From: an uncultured Chloroflexia bacterium | GTDB lineage: Bacteria > Chloroflexota > Anaerolineae > JAAYZQ01 | Direction: 5' to 3' | Length of the DNA stretch: 64,000 nt | NCBI GenBank assembly: GCA_963700285.1 | Contig: CAVOXA010000001.1 | Span: 896,001 to 960,000 of the forward strand | Part shown: positions 63,208-64,000 of the stretch, one piece after another | Numbering within the stretch: the stretch's first letter is position 1 | How the letters are laid out: every line of letters starts with the position of its first letter | Program-made: the position numbers and the translations under genes | The notes under the pieces: generated by a model | What the model was told of the DNA's origin: nothing | Databases searched by the model: none | Seen by the model: only the letters and a program-made list of their open reading frames with translations

Positions 63208-63816
63208 ATGAGGATCCTAATCATTGGTGGCAAAGGTACCATTGGCAGCAGGGTCAGCAAGCACTTTTCCAGGAAACACGAGGTCCTGATTGGCGGCAGG
63301 AATTCTGGCGATGTGCACGTGGATATTGCCCATACCGGATCCATTGAAGCCATGTTCAAATCGATTGGCAAAGTTGATGCGGTCATCTGCATCGCCGGCG
63401 AAGCCAAATGGGAAGCCTTTGATTCCATGACCGAGGAGGACTTTTACATTGGGTTGCGAAGCAAGCTGATGGGTCAGGTAAACCTGGTGAGGATCGGGCA
63501 GGCCTATGTGAAACCAGGAGGCTCCTTTACGCTGACTACCGGCATCCTCGCCGATCACCCTGTGATGCACACCACAAGCCCGGCGATGGTCAATGGCGGG
63601 ATCCACAGTTTTGTCCAGTCGGCAGCCTTGGAGATGAGAAACGGGATCCGGATCAATGTCGTGTCATCGGATCTTGTTGAGGACGCCGTGGATCGGTATG
63701 GGGCATATTTCCCGGGGCACAATCCCATACCCATGAAGAAGGTGATAAACGGGTACGTCAGAAGCGTGGAAGGATGGGGAACTGGTGAGATCATCAGGAT
63801 TTATGAGAGTTGTTAG
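63208..63816 (+). CDS. Short-chain dehydrogenase (small atypical SDR)
   Basis: IIGGKGTIG, SKLMGQVNLV, SFTLTTG, RINVVS. Confidence 0.85.
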   Translation: MRILIIGGKGTIGSRVSKHFSRKHEVLIGGRNSGDVHVDIAHTGSIEAMFKSIGKVDAVICIAGEAKWEAFDSMTEEDFYIGLRSKLMGQVNLVRIGQAYVKPGGSFTLTTGILADHPVMHTTSPAMVNGGIHSFVQSAALEMRNGIRINVVSSDLVEDAVDRYGAYFPGHNPIPMKKVINGYVRSVEGWGTGEIIRIYESC

Positions 63817-63915
63817 GCACGCGGGAGTCGGCGCAACGGGGTACCGTCTGAGGAAGTCAGTGTAACGATGGCTGTGGGTACTTTTGGTGGAGAACGCTCG
63901 GGCCCTTGCCAAAGT

Positions 63916-63985
63916 GTCATGCCCGCGCAGGTGGGCATCCATTTCAGCCAAGGTTAGATAGATTCCCGCCCCTCGCCGGAATGAC
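63916..63985. repeat. REP/RPE-like palindromic element (GTCAT.CCCGCG...GGAATGAC type)
   Basis: GTCATGCCCGCGCAGGTGGGCATCCA...GATTCCCGCC...CCGGAATGAC. Confidence 0.7.
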
Positions 63986-64000
63986 GGGCAGGCCAGGCTG

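Overview
GC-rich bacterial chromosome segment. It is most likely from a Chloroflexota (Anaerolineae-like) genome, inferred from the O-antigen-ligase/TPR giant protein, the VEKEVT-repeat ABC lipoprotein, the META/PKD protein and the PTAT-rich linkers. Blocks of single-base indels also break the essential aspS gene, so they are probably long-read consensus errors. Layout: (1) 1-18.3 kb is a surface-glycan locus with GT4s, Wzx, an ATP-grasp ligase, a deacetylase, WecB, an epimerase, WecA, a nucleotide-sugar dehydrogenase and a DedA/VTT protein. It contains a roughly 1,500-aa O-antigen-ligase-like + TPR + cyclophilin fusion. (2) 18.4-48.2 kb is mixed housekeeping and accessory genes: tnaA, rsgA, polX, AKR, an RlmI-like methylase, a WYL regulator divergent from a GyrI-like gene across a palindromic operator, a candidate structured ncRNA, an uncharacterised B12-binding enzyme coupled to a ProC-like reductase, a GH2 beta-mannosidase, 6S RNA next to aspS, three M42 peptidases, TgpA, and yggT-yggS-pgeF. 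(3) 48.5-64 kb is a REP-flanked catabolic island with two MFS, IclR, FadR, an ABC binding protein plus two permeases (no ATPase), two MlrC/M81 hydrolases, a class III aminotransferase, a SelA/DgaE-like PLP enzyme and an SDR, with shared IclR- and FadR-type operators. The best novelty candidates are the ligase-TPR-cyclophilin glycosylation machine, the B12 enzyme/ProC-like pair and the MlrC island.
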